Shown here in pieces: positions 1 through 8,634 of a stretch of 25,769 bases of DNA; position 1 is the first letter of the stretch, and every line of letters starts with the position of its first letter. Location of the stretch: assembly GCA_043719155.1 (NCBI GenBank), contig JAYSUJ010000031.1, positions 1 through 25,769 of the forward strand, read 5' to 3'. The translations under genes were made by a program, and so were the position numbers. Source of the stretch: a bacterium (GTDB lineage Bacteria > Patescibacteriota > Minisyncoccia > Phycocordibacterales > UBA5272). Under the pieces are notes generated by a model. That model ran no database searches. It had not been told where the DNA came from and worked only from the letters and a program-made list of their open reading frames with translations.

Positions 1-125
1 GCGCCTTCGGCGCCACCCACTCCTGAACCCTACAAATTTAAAAAAGAATTTTTGTGCGATATTAAAAAGAATAAAATAGAAATATTTTAATTATAAAAGA
101 AATTCAGGTAAATCAAACATTTATT

Positions 126-311
126 ATGGCTAAAACCAGTACAAATGCGAGATCCAAAAAAACTCCTAAATTTTCTACACGAAAGGTAAATCGTTGCTTC
201 CGTTGCGGACGTAAACATGGTTACATGCGAGATTTCGATCTTTGCCGTATCTGTTTTCGAGAGCTCGCAAGTGAAGGCATGATCCCAGGCGTTAAAAAAT
301 CATCTTGGTAA
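126..311 (+). CDS. rpsZ: 30S ribosomal protein S14, type Z (zinc-binding, 61 aa)
   Basis: 61-aa product with CxxC...CxxC and a basic N-terminus typical of short S14; followed by S8 and L6 in canonical order. Confidence 0.9.
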   Translation: MAKTSTNARSKKTPKFSTRKVNRCFRCGRKHGYMRDFDLCRICFRELASEGMIPGVKKSSW

Positions 312-315
312 TTTT

Positions 316-717
316 ATGGATAAAATCGCAAACTTTATAGTCGCGCTCAAAAATTCGAGCATGGTTGGGAAAGACAAAATCTTCTTCCCATATTCACAAC
401 TAATAGAAAACATTGCCAAACTTTTAAAAGAGCAAGCTTATGTTAAAGCTGTTAAATTAATAGATTCAACTCCAGGTAACCCAGCTGGAAAGTTTTTAGA
501 AGTAGTTCTAAATTACGATGCTACTGGTACACCAAAAATCCGAGAGGTCGCTCGTGTTTCCAAAAGTTCAAACAGAGTTTACGCTTCCAACAAAAGACTT
601 CCAATTTTTAAAAGAGGTGCAGGTCTGGTAGTTATGACAACCCCAAAAGGCATCATGACTGCAGCACAAGCTAAAAAAGAACAAGTAGGAGGAGAGGTTT
701 TATTTAAGATGTTCTAA
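316..717 (+). CDS. rpsH: 30S ribosomal protein S8
   Basis: 133 aa; position after S14 and before L6; S8-like sequence. Confidence 0.88.
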   Translation: MDKIANFIVALKNSSMVGKDKIFFPYSQLIENIAKLLKEQAYVKAVKLIDSTPGNPAGKFLEVVLNYDATGTPKIREVARVSKSSNRVYASNKRLPIFKRGAGLVVMTTPKGIMTAAQAKKEQVGGEVLFKMF

Positions 718-739
718 ATTAAATTTGAGGGAATAAAAA

Positions 740-768
740 TTGTACATTAACAAAAAAATATTTAGTAT
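740..768 (+). promoter_or_regulatory. promoter-like box TTGTAC-17nt-TAGTAT, near-identical 35-nt copy at 16936-16972
   Basis: TTGTAC(740-745), 17-nt spacer, TAGTAT(763-768); same 35-nt string upstream of the small ORF at 17015; overlaps left inverted-repeat arm of cassette 1. Confidence 0.45.
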
Positions 769-825
769 CACAATTTGTTTGCAACTTGTATGTTTTGTGA
801 ACACAACAAGAAGAAAGGATTTAAC

Positions 826-1062
826 ATGTCTGGCAAACTTTATTTTGGTAAAATCTTCTTTGCTAAAAATTCAAAGGAAGAATATACCGTTGGGTATCTA
901 TTCTGTAAAAACTTGGAGGATGCAAAGATCCAGATAGCAACTGATGCAGCCACTGCATGGATGAATTTAAAAGCCAAACCAGAATTTCAAGATGTTATTT
1001 TTTTGAAACTGGTTTTGGTAGGAAAAGATGGTGATGAGCATCAGATTAATTGGAAACCTTGA
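826..1062 (+). CDS. small hypothetical protein (78 aa) ending ...INWKP; paralog of ORF 2977-3231
   Basis: ATG at 826 preceded by AAAGGA RBS; the 775 start would lie at/before predicted TSS; C-terminal NWKP and TVGY motif shared with ORF 2977-3231. Confidence 0.5.
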   Translation: MSGKLYFGKIFFAKNSKEEYTVGYLFCKNLEDAKIQIATDAATAWMNLKAKPEFQDVIFLKLVLVGKDGDEHQINWKP

Positions 1063-1070
1063 AGTGATTC

Positions 1071-1100
1071 TGGTTTGATAATTGAAAGATTATCAAACCA
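1071..1100 (+). other. perfect 12-bp stem / 6-nt loop hairpin immediately after small ORF
   Basis: TGGTTTGATAAT-tgaaag-ATTATCAAACCA; weak T tract follows. Confidence 0.7.
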
Positions 1101-1206
1101 ATTTTACAAAGCATATAATAATGTGTAAGCAAATTGTGGTACTGAATACTAAATGTTAAAAAACAATTTTGAAAAACTCGAAATAAAATAGAAATATATA
1201 AAATAT

Positions 1207-1743
1207 ATGTCAAAAATAGGAAAACAAGAATTGCTTATACCAGCAGGTGTAACCGTGACTGTAACCGGAGAAAATTTATCTGTCAAAGGTAAAGCTGGTG
1301 AAATTCATAAAACTTTTGATGGAAAGTTGGTGAGTATAAGGGTTGAAGGTGCAAATGTTTTTGTCACTAAAAAAGGCAATGACAAAAAAGCTTCTCAACT
1401 TTGGGGGACAATGGCCGCTCATATTAAAAATATGATCAAGGGTGTTGAAACTCCATATACAAGAAAGCTGATAGTTGAAGGTGTGGGTTATAAGTGGGAG
1501 GTGAAAAGTGACACAGTGCATTTGGCACTTGGTTTCTCTCATCCAGTTTTAATGAAAATACCAGCAGGTTTAAATGTCAAAACAGATAAAGGTGTCATGG
1601 ATATAACAGGTATAGACAAAGAGTTAGTCGGACTTTTTGCTAAAAATATTCGTCAATTGAAAACTCCTGAACCTTATAAAGGAAAAGGAATTCGATACTC
1701 TGATGAAGTTATTAGACGTAAACAAGGTAAGCGTTCAGCATAA
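1207..1743 (+). CDS. rplF: 50S ribosomal protein L6
   Basis: 178 aa, L6-like sequence, canonical position before L18. Confidence 0.9.
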   Translation: MSKIGKQELLIPAGVTVTVTGENLSVKGKAGEIHKTFDGKLVSIRVEGANVFVTKKGNDKKASQLWGTMAAHIKNMIKGVETPYTRKLIVEGVGYKWEVKSDTVHLALGFSHPVLMKIPAGLNVKTDKGVMDITGIDKELVGLFAKNIRQLKTPEPYKGKGIRYSDEVIRRKQGKRSA

Positions 1744-1746
1744 TCT

Positions 1747-2088
1747 ATGAAAGTAACAAAAAAACAAGGACGTTTAAGGCGTCACGCAAGAGTGAGAGCT
1801 AAAATTTCTGGCACCTCAACTGTACCAAGAGTTTCGGTGTATCGTTCAAACGTAAATATCTATGTTCAAGTTATAGACGACACGACAAACAAAACTTTGA
1901 TAGGTAAATCTACAAAAGCTTTGACCGGCACAAAAAGTATAAAAGCTTTAGAGTTAGGAAAAGCAATAGGAGCAGAGCTTAAAAAGTTAGGTGTTGCATC
2001 TGCATTGTTTGACAGAGGTGGATACAAATATCATGGTCGAGTGCAAAACGTAGCCACAGGTTTACGTGAATCTGGATTAAAAATTTAA
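1747..2088 (+). CDS. rplR: 50S ribosomal protein L18
   Basis: 113 aa basic protein, L18-like, between L6 and S5. Confidence 0.88.
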   Translation: MKVTKKQGRLRRHARVRAKISGTSTVPRVSVYRSNVNIYVQVIDDTTNKTLIGKSTKALTGTKSIKALELGKAIGAELKKLGVASALFDRGGYKYHGRVQNVATGLRESGLKI

Positions 2089-2094
2089 AAATAT

Positions 2095-2865
2095 ATGGAA
2101 GAAACAAAAGTAGAAACTACAAATGTAGATGCACCCCAAGCTAGAAGTTTTGCACCTCGTGGCAACTTTAGAGGTGGTGCAGGTGGTCGTGACGGACAAA
2201 GAGGTGGTCGCCCACCAGGTAAAGGCGGACCAAGAGGTGGTGGTCGTCCAGAAAGACAAAAGCCAGAATTCGAGCAAAAAATGATAGACGTACGTCGTGT
2301 AACTCGTGTAGTTTCAGGAGGTCGTCGCTTTTCCTTCTCAGTAGCACTTGTTATTGGGGACAGAAAAGGTCATGTTGGTTTTGGTATAGGAAAATCTGGC
2401 GACACTTCTGCAGCAATTGATAAAGCTTACAAACAAGCAACAAAGAAAATGATAACTTTGCGTCTAAACAAAAAGTTTTCAATTCCTTATGATGTAAATG
2501 CTAAGTTCAACACTTCAAAGCTTACTCTTATGCCAAACAAAGGCCGTGGACTTATTGCAGGTTCATCTGCACGTACAGTTCTAGCTCTTGCTGGCGTGAA
2601 AGACATTACTGCCAAGTATCACTCTGGTTCTAAAAATAAACTTAACAATGCAAAGGTTTGTATGGAAGCTTTAAAGAATTTTTCAATTCCATTTGAAAGA
2701 TCTCACAAGCCAAAAGAAGACCGAGCAGAAGGTGTGCGAAAGTTTGTAGGCGGACGAGATGGTGCTAGAAAATTTGGAAGTCGACCAGGTGGTTTTAGAA
2801 AGCCTTTTGAAAATAGAGATGCTGCTCCTAAAACTGAAAACGCTATAGATAAAATAACTATATAA
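2095..2865 (+). CDS. rpsE: 30S ribosomal protein S5 with RGG-rich N- and C-terminal extensions (256 aa)
   Basis: central region matches S5 (dsRBD-like and S5 C-terminal domain, e.g. GDRKGHVGFG...); ~65 aa Gly/Arg-rich N-term and ~60 aa basic C-term tail. Confidence 0.85.
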   Translation: MEETKVETTNVDAPQARSFAPRGNFRGGAGGRDGQRGGRPPGKGGPRGGGRPERQKPEFEQKMIDVRRVTRVVSGGRRFSFSVALVIGDRKGHVGFGIGKSGDTSAAIDKAYKQATKKMITLRLNKKFSIPYDVNAKFNTSKLTLMPNKGRGLIAGSSARTVLALAGVKDITAKYHSGSKNKLNNAKVCMEALKNFSIPFERSHKPKEDRAEGVRKFVGGRDGARKFGSRPGGFRKPFENRDAAPKTENAIDKITI

Positions 2866-2976
2866 GAAACAATATCTTAAGATAAAAAAATTCTTTTAAA
2901 ATAAAATATCGAGCGTCACAATTTATAAATAAAATATTTGTATAATTAGTAGGACTAGCAAAAGGAAACCTGCATC

Positions 2977-3231
2977 ATGAAAATTGAAGTAGAGAGTTGG
3001 GTATCTATCCAATACATGCTTGAGCGTAAAAATGGCCAAGCTTCTAAGTATGCACGACAACAAACTCATGAACTCCGGATTAAGGAAGGGCAAACTTTTG
3101 AACAAGCTGCTGAGTGCTGTTGGGGTGATATCAAGAAGATAACGGTCGGCTATAAGATAACTTTTGTTAAATCTGAAAGGATAAATATAAAAGTTACCGA
3201 AGAGACTCAGGTACTTAATTGGAAACCATAG
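2977..3231 (+). CDS. small hypothetical protein (84 aa) ending ...LNWKP; paralog of ORF 826-1062
   Basis: AAAGGA RBS upstream; shares C-terminal NWKP and internal TVGY with ORF 826-1062; occupies the slot where rpmD (L30) normally lies but has no L30 similarity. Confidence 0.5.
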   Translation: MKIEVESWVSIQYMLERKNGQASKYARQQTHELRIKEGQTFEQAAECCWGDIKKITVGYKITFVKSERINIKVTEETQVLNWKP

Positions 3232-3240
3232 CTATCCAGG

Positions 3241-3273
3241 CACGAGCAAACTCCATTTTGGAAAATGCTCGTG
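3241..3273 (+). other. stem-loop after small ORF (8-bp stem CACGAGCA/TGCTCGTG with inner TCCA/TGGA)
   Basis: inverted repeat seen directly; no T tract, so not a classical intrinsic terminator. Confidence 0.6.
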
Positions 3274-3363
3274 TCACCTACTAAATATATAAAATTTATT
3301 TATAAATTGTGGCACTTGATAAAATAAAATTTGAAGAATTAAAATAAAAAGAAACAAAAATAT

Positions 3364-3882
3364 ATGGAAATAAATAATATACATAGAAATACACCAAATA
3401 AAAAGGTGCGTTTGCATGGTCGTGGAGGAAAGCGAGGCAAGACTTCTGGTCGTGGTACCAAGGGTCAAAACGCTCGTGCTGGTAGAAAGTTTCGTCCTGA
3501 AATGCGAGACGCTATCAAGAAACTTCCAAAACTAAGAGGGCATACTGTAAATGGTTTTGCCATCTCTTCAACTGGTGTACACAACAACAAAGCTGTTGCA
3601 ATAAACTTGTCACAACTTTCTGTTTTTACAAAAGGAGAAACTGTAAACTTGAAAACTTTAGCTGAGAAAAAAGTCCTTAACATGAAGTTAGGAAAATATC
3701 CTGCAACTAAAATTTTAGGAACAGGGGAAATAAAAGTTGCACTAAATTTCGAAAGAGTTCAAGTTTCAAAAGAAGCTAGAACAAAAATTGAAAAAGCTGG
3801 AGGGACAATAAAAGAAGAAACAAAAGTTTCAACTCTACTTCCTAAAAAAGCTAGACGTGCAGCGAAAGCTAAAACGGCTTAA
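3364..3882 (+). CDS. rplO: 50S ribosomal protein L15
   Basis: 172 aa, Gly/Arg-rich N-term typical of L15, precedes secY. Confidence 0.85.
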   Translation: MEINNIHRNTPNKKVRLHGRGGKRGKTSGRGTKGQNARAGRKFRPEMRDAIKKLPKLRGHTVNGFAISSTGVHNNKAVAINLSQLSVFTKGETVNLKTLAEKKVLNMKLGKYPATKILGTGEIKVALNFERVQVSKEARTKIEKAGGTIKEETKVSTLLPKKARRAAKAKTA

Positions 3883-3904
3883 ATCCAAACTGAAAATTAA
3901 AAAC

Positions 3905-3937
3905 AAAAAACATCTAAAATTTAGATGTTTTTTGTTG
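3905..3937 (+). terminator. intrinsic terminator after rplO
   Basis: AAAAAACATCTAAA...TTTAGATGTTTTTT inverted repeat with T run. Confidence 0.6.
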
Positions 3938-4000
3938 TTTGAAAAATATGTTATAATGCTCCTTAGTTTAAAAAACAAATTAATTTATCTAACTCATTTT

Positions 4001-5257
4001 ATGCAAAAAACCTTAATGGCTGTCATTAAAGAAGAGTCTTTACGAACAAAAGTCCTTATTGTACTTGGGCTTTTAGCTTTAACTCGTTTATTGTCTGCTG
4101 TGCCACTACCAGGAGTAGACACTGAAAAGCTTGCTGGTTTCTTGGCCAACAACCAACTTTTTGAGTATTTGTCCCTCTTCTCCGGTTCAGGCTTTTCGAC
4201 TTTTTCCATCACCCTTTTAGGTCTTGGGCCATATATTACAGCTAGTATCTTGGTGCAAGTTGGGTCTATGGTTTTCCCACAAATTAAAAAACTTATGCAC
4301 GAAGAGGGGGAATTGGGACGAAAAAAGATTACACAATATACTCGTATTTTCACAGTCCCATTTGCTTTCCTTCAAGGTTTCGCCTTGATGAAAATTTTAG
4401 CAGCCCAAGGAATATTAACAACAACAGGAAACTATGATATTTTCCTAAACCTTTTGGTGATGACAGCCGCAACTTTGGTGTTGTTGTTTATTGGTGAAAA
4501 GATTACCGAGTTTGGTATAGGTAACGGTACTTCTCTCATTATCTTTTCTGGTATCGCTGCAGGTATGCCGGGGGCTATATCTCAGTTTTATGCAACTTTC
4601 GATACTGCTCAAATACCACTTTACCTAGTTCTTTTGGCCATGAGCTTACTTATAATTTCACTTGTGGTATTTATAAACGAAGCTGAAAGAAGGGTGGAGA
4701 TAACATATGCTCGTGCTTATGGACAACAGCAAGGTAGTTTAGACACTCATTTGCCACTTAAAATAAACCAAGCGGGTATGATCCCAATTATTTTTGCCCT
4801 AGCACTATTCACAATGCCACAGTTTGCAGCTCAATATTTTGTAAGTTCTGGTGTGCCAATGTTGGCAACGGTGGGAACTTATGTAAATGCTTTTTTTGCA
4901 AATCAAATCCTGTATATGATTGTTTACTTTGTCTTGGTATTTGCTTTTACATTCTTTTACACATCGGTGGTTGTAGAGCCAGAAGAAATGTCAAAAAATT
5001 TACACAAACGTGGGGCTTTTATCCCAGGTATACGCCCAGGTGAAAATACTGCAGAGTATTTGGGTAATGTGATAACTCGTATAACTTTTGTAGGAGCAAC
5101 TTTCTTGGCATTTGTTGCCGTGCTACCGATAGGCATGCAAGCCATAACTGGAATACAGGCTTTAGCTGTAGGTGGAACAAGTGTACTTATTGCTGTGTCT
5201 ACAGCTCTTGAGACATACAAAAAAGTAGAGGCCCAAGCTACTTTAACAGAATACTAA
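4001..5257 (+). CDS. secY: preprotein translocase subunit SecY
   Basis: multi-TM protein with SecY-like sequence; ATG at 4001 chosen because the 3857 start overlaps rplO and the terminator. Confidence 0.85.
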   Translation: MQKTLMAVIKEESLRTKVLIVLGLLALTRLLSAVPLPGVDTEKLAGFLANNQLFEYLSLFSGSGFSTFSITLLGLGPYITASILVQVGSMVFPQIKKLMHEEGELGRKKITQYTRIFTVPFAFLQGFALMKILAAQGILTTTGNYDIFLNLLVMTAATLVLLFIGEKITEFGIGNGTSLIIFSGIAAGMPGAISQFYATFDTAQIPLYLVLLAMSLLIISLVVFINEAERRVEITYARAYGQQQGSLDTHLPLKINQAGMIPIIFALALFTMPQFAAQYFVSSGVPMLATVGTYVNAFFANQILYMIVYFVLVFAFTFFYTSVVVEPEEMSKNLHKRGAFIPGIRPGENTAEYLGNVITRITFVGATFLAFVAVLPIGMQAITGIQALAVGGTSVLIAVSTALETYKKVEAQATLTEY

Positions 5258-5276
5258 TTTTAAATTTTAATATCAC

Positions 5277-5310
5277 AAAAACACATAATTTATTTATGTG
5301 TTTTTGTTTT
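5277..5310 (+). terminator. intrinsic terminator after secY
   Basis: AAAAACACATAA / TTATGTGTTTTT stem followed by T run. Confidence 0.6.
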
Positions 5311-5351
5311 TCACTTTTTAGACTAAAAATGTTACAATCACTATAAATAAT

Positions 5352-5705
5352 ATGAATATAAAAATTTTAGATAAAAATAAAAAAATTAAAGTTTCTGACT
5401 TGAAAAGTTTTGCAAATGAGTGGTACGAAATATTATTAAAAGGAACTGTAGATGTTGAGCTTGCTAGGGTGGCTCTGGGTGGAGAGTGGCACTTGGATAG
5501 TTGTGAGATTTTAACAAAAACTGGCTCAAATAAAGATAATGTATGGGGTTTCAACATTGTCTTTGATACGATAGATAAAAAACTAGAATATCATTCTTTG
5601 GTAAATATCAAGCCAAACAAAAACCATAAAAAAATGGAAATAACAAATGAAGATTTGATTCTAGAAATCAACAAAGTTTTAAGCGAGTATATCGACTTTG
5701 AGTAA
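5352..5705 (+). CDS. hypothetical protein (117 aa)
   Basis: ORF inserted between secY and adk; no recognisable family. Confidence 0.5.
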   Translation: MNIKILDKNKKIKVSDLKSFANEWYEILLKGTVDVELARVALGGEWHLDSCEILTKTGSNKDNVWGFNIVFDTIDKKLEYHSLVNIKPNKNHKKMEITNEDLILEINKVLSEYIDFE

Positions 5706-5715
5706 TTTTAAAAGC

Positions 5716-5985
5716 ATGACAGAAAAACAGAAATACAATTTTTATTTAGCCAATCTTGGACCCGAACTAGGTAGGTTATTAAAATTTAAAAATATTGATG
5801 AACTACAATTTTTAGGTGCAAGACAAAGAGTGGAAAATATATTAGAAAAAATAGTTTTAACAAGAAGTGAGACAAATTTTCTAGAAATAGAAAAAATACT
5901 AGACTTGATACTCTGGAGCGATTCTGTATCCCAAGACGACTTGGATTTATACTTTTACCCAATTTCTTTAAATATGTTAAAATGA
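5716..5985 (+). CDS. hypothetical protein (~90 aa)
   Basis: ATG at 5716 (track start 5698 is TTG); stop overlaps adk start in an ATGA overlap, suggesting translational coupling. Confidence 0.45.
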   Translation: MTEKQKYNFYLANLGPELGRLLKFKNIDELQFLGARQRVENILEKIVLTRSETNFLEIEKILDLILWSDSVSQDDLDLYFYPISLNMLK

Positions 5986-6623
5986 AATTAAATATGCAAG
6001 AAAATATAACAACAGAAAATAAGAGTAAGATAATCATTTTGGTCGGTCGCTCTGGAAGTGGAAAAGGGACACAGGGTAAATTTATTAAAAGTTTTTTGGA
6101 GAAAAATTTCCCAGAGAATGAAATGCATTACCTTTCAACCGGAGAAGAAATGAGGAGGATAATGAAACAAAGCTCTTATACTGCGCAACTATCAAGAAAT
6201 GCAGTAAACGAGGGTAAGCTGCAGCCGATGTTTTTCTCTGTTTATGTTTGGGCAAAATATCTTATGGAACATGTACATGGTAACGATAATGTAATATTTG
6301 ATGGAGTGCCAAGACGTCGTGAGGAGGCCAAAATTTTGCACTCAACTGTAAAGTTTTATGATTGGGAAAAGCCAGTGGTTATAAATTTGGAAGTAAGTGA
6401 AGAAGAGTGTATAAGAAGAATGATAGAAAGAAAAAGAGATGATGATAATGTAGAAAATTTTAAAAAGAAAATGGACTGGTATAAAATAGAGGTTGAGCCG
6501 ATGTTGCAATGGTATGAAGAAAGTAATCAATACTCTTATACAAAAATTCATGGTGAAAATGCACCAGAAGAAATTTCCAAACACATCGAGCGCTTTCTAA
6601 CTTCGCATTTTAATTTAAAATAA
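5982..6623 (+). CDS. adk: adenylate kinase-like P-loop NMP kinase (divergent)
   Basis: GRSGSGKGTQ P-loop resembling adenylate kinase GxPGxGKGTQ; DGVPRR motif; position after secY before map as in the spc operon. Confidence 0.7.
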   Translation: MKLNMQENITTENKSKIIILVGRSGSGKGTQGKFIKSFLEKNFPENEMHYLSTGEEMRRIMKQSSYTAQLSRNAVNEGKLQPMFFSVYVWAKYLMEHVHGNDNVIFDGVPRRREEAKILHSTVKFYDWEKPVVINLEVSEEECIRRMIERKRDDDNVENFKKKMDWYKIEVEPMLQWYEESNQYSYTKIHGENAPEEISKHIERFLTSHFNLK

Positions 6624-6642
6624 TTCTAATTAAAATTTAATT

Positions 6643-7431
6643 ATGTCCAAGCATGTACCGTACACAGATAAAGAAATAAGTATTTTAAAAGAAGGTGGCA
6701 AAAGACTTGCTGCTATTTTAGAGATACTTGGTAAAAAATGTGTTGCAGGCACAATTGCAAAAGAGTTGGACGGCCTGGCTGAAAAATTAATTTTAGAAAA
6801 TGAAGATATACCTGTTTTTAAAAATTATAGGCCAAAAGGCGCTGCTTATCCGTTTCCCGCCACACTTTGCGTATCTATAAATGATGTGGTGGCACACGGT
6901 ATACCTAAGGGAGAGATTTTAAAGGAAGGTGATGTGGTAAGTTTGGATCTTGGGTTGCGGCATGGTGGATTGGTGGTAGATTCGGCTATAAGTATTTTGG
7001 TGGGCGGCGGCTACGCCGCCGCCCAATTTCCACTTGAGCAAAAACTTTTAGAAGTTACTAAAAAAGCATTGGAAATCGGTATTGAAAAGTGTGTAGTTGG
7101 TAACAGGGTAAATGATGTAGGGATAGCTATAGAAAAATATGTTAGTAGCGAAGGTTTTACTGTGGTTGATATTTTATGTGGTCATGCTGTAGGTCGAGAG
7201 ATACACAGTGAACCCATTATTCCACATGCTGACTTTGGGCTAGGTGGTGAAAAGTTTAAAGAGGGGATGGTCGTAGCTATTGAGCCACATATTTCTATGG
7301 GCAATGGACAGATTTCACTTTCAAATAAAGACGCTTGGAGCTATGTTTCCGACGATGGACACAAGACGGCTCAGTTTGAACATACAATCCACATTACTTC
7401 TGGTCTCCCGCAAGTTTTGACAGAAAAGTAA
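6643..7431 (+). CDS. map: methionine aminopeptidase type I
   Basis: pita-bread fold motifs (DxD...HGxxxE...EPHIS...E) seen in sequence. Confidence 0.9.
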   Translation: MSKHVPYTDKEISILKEGGKRLAAILEILGKKCVAGTIAKELDGLAEKLILENEDIPVFKNYRPKGAAYPFPATLCVSINDVVAHGIPKGEILKEGDVVSLDLGLRHGGLVVDSAISILVGGGYAAAQFPLEQKLLEVTKKALEIGIEKCVVGNRVNDVGIAIEKYVSSEGFTVVDILCGHAVGREIHSEPIIPHADFGLGGEKFKEGMVVAIEPHISMGNGQISLSNKDAWSYVSDDGHKTAQFEHTIHITSGLPQVLTEK

Positions 7432-7453
7432 TAATCTTGTATAATATTACACA

Positions 7454-7780
7454 ATGAAAAACACCAATTGTCCATACGTTAAAACGAATCCTGATAATAA
7501 TATTTTGTCTAATTTTTCTTTGATTACAAGAGCAGAGGCTCAACCTATTCAAAATATCCCAGTTGAAAGAGTGGCTCAAAGTCTAAGTTCACAACTTAGC
7601 ACTCCCTTTTACTTGCTAGTAGCTAGCTTCTTTCTGTTTACATTCTTGATGGCAGCTGTCTACATTTATCATTGGATAAATTTTAATTTAAACGACCCTA
7701 TAATCAAACATTTCATCCCAGTGTTTTTTGTTGGATTGGTAATGTTATTGATACCTTTAATTTTTAATTTGATAAACTAA
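7454..7780 (+). CDS. small membrane protein (2 predicted TM helices)
   Basis: two hydrophobic segments in the C-terminal half; immediately upstream of a bPH_2 protein, an arrangement reminiscent of YdbS/YdbT. Confidence 0.5.
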   Translation: MKNTNCPYVKTNPDNNILSNFSLITRAEAQPIQNIPVERVAQSLSSQLSTPFYLLVASFFLFTFLMAAVYIYHWINFNLNDPIIKHFIPVFFVGLVMLLIPLIFNLIN

Positions 7781-7784
7781 AAGT

Positions 7785-8570
7785 ATGTTAAATTTGCACC
7801 CTGACGAAAAAGTTATAATCTATATACGACGACACTGGATATTTTTATTTATACAAACCAAGTTGATTTTTCTACTTTTCATAACCCCAACACTCTTAGT
7901 TTGGGCTCTTCAATATTTTGGTTACGTACCAGAGTTTAATATTTTTGGAGTTTCCTTCTACTCGCTGACAGATGTATTTATCTACATGTGGGCAATTTTT
8001 TGTTGGCTGCTTTTGGCTGAAAAGTTTACAGATTATGCATTAGACTTTTGGGTTTTGACAAATAAAAGAATTATTGAAAGTGAACTACTAAAACTTTTTG
8101 ATCGTCGACTTTCTACTCTAGAGTTACAAGATATTGAAGATGTAACTGTAAGGGTAAAAGGTGTTGTGCAGACGGCGATAGGTTATGGAACATTGGAGGT
8201 GCAAACTGCGGGTAGCGAAAGAGAATTTTTGGCAGAAAATATTGCTGACCCGGCTAAAGTTCAGGAACTAATTTTTGATGCCAAACTAAAACAAGCACAA
8301 GAAGAGAAGGATATCGAAAAGCAAGAGTTTGAACAAATTGCCAATAGGGTAACAACAGAAAGAATTGCTGTAGACCATAATGCAGAAAACCATATACCAC
8401 TAGACCAAAAGCAAAAGGAAGATGTAAAGAGTATGGCTGAAAATGCTTTTGATTGGGCTCATGTAAATCAATCTCAGTTCAAAGACACAAGAAACGTAGA
8501 GGAGTATATGGAAACTGTAGAAGACAAATACAAAAAAAATACTGAAGCTGCACTTCGAACAGGGCTGTAG
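7785..8570 (+). CDS. membrane protein with bacterial PH domain (bPH_2/DUF304, YdbT-like) and acidic C-terminal tail
   Basis: N-terminal 2-TM hairpin followed by VLTNKRII...GYGTLEVQTAG pattern typical of bPH_2. Confidence 0.55.
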   Translation: MLNLHPDEKVIIYIRRHWIFLFIQTKLIFLLFITPTLLVWALQYFGYVPEFNIFGVSFYSLTDVFIYMWAIFCWLLLAEKFTDYALDFWVLTNKRIIESELLKLFDRRLSTLELQDIEDVTVRVKGVVQTAIGYGTLEVQTAGSEREFLAENIADPAKVQELIFDAKLKQAQEEKDIEKQEFEQIANRVTTERIAVDHNAENHIPLDQKQKEDVKSMAENAFDWAHVNQSQFKDTRNVEEYMETVEDKYKKNTEAALRTGL

Positions 8571-8634
8571 TTTTTCTACTGGGGACAAACACTTGTGTTT
8601 GGGCTAAATAGTTCATATACTTATTTTATATTAT

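Larger units (their letters stand above)
764..1143 (+). other. IR-bounded small-ORF cassette 1 (between rpsH and rplF)
   Basis: left arm AGTATCACAATTTG(764-777) is complementary to right arm CAAATTGTGGTACT(1130-1143) with one T/C (G·U-compatible) difference; encloses ORF 826-1062 and hairpin 1071-1100. Confidence 0.6.
2913..3320 (+). other. IR-bounded small-ORF cassette 2 (at the L30 position between rpsE and rplO)
   Basis: 17-bp perfect inverted repeat CACAATTTATAAATAAA(2917-2933) / TTTATTTATAAATTGTG(3295-3311), extended with G·U-compatible mismatch; encloses ORF 2977-3231 and hairpin 3241-3273. Confidence 0.65.

Noticed and set aside
740-937. ORF 740-937 and the longer 775 start of the cassette-1 ORF
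   Set aside because: They overlap the promoter-like box and the left IR arm. The in-frame ATG at 826 has a proper AAAGGA RBS. The alternative frame has no support.
1276-1542. Antisense ORFs inside annotated genes (e.g. 1276-1542, 3994-4353, 4957-5220, 9850-10185, 11586-11939, 12376-12807, 14616-15104, 18431-18844, 21433-21825, 23151-23910)
   Set aside because: These are shadow ORFs on the strand opposite strongly supported CDSs. They have low-complexity or Cys/Ser-rich translations typical of antisense frames, and no RBS or promoter context.
2977-3231. Cassette-2 ORF as a divergent L30 (rpmD)
   Set aside because: It sits at the L30 position but has no resemblance to L30 sequences. It clearly groups with the cassette-1 ORF (shared NWKP and TVGY).
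3857-4000. Long N-terminal extension of secY starting at 3857
   Set aside because: It would overlap the rplO 3' end and run through the rplO terminator and a TATAAT box. ATG 4001 gives a normal SecY N-terminus.
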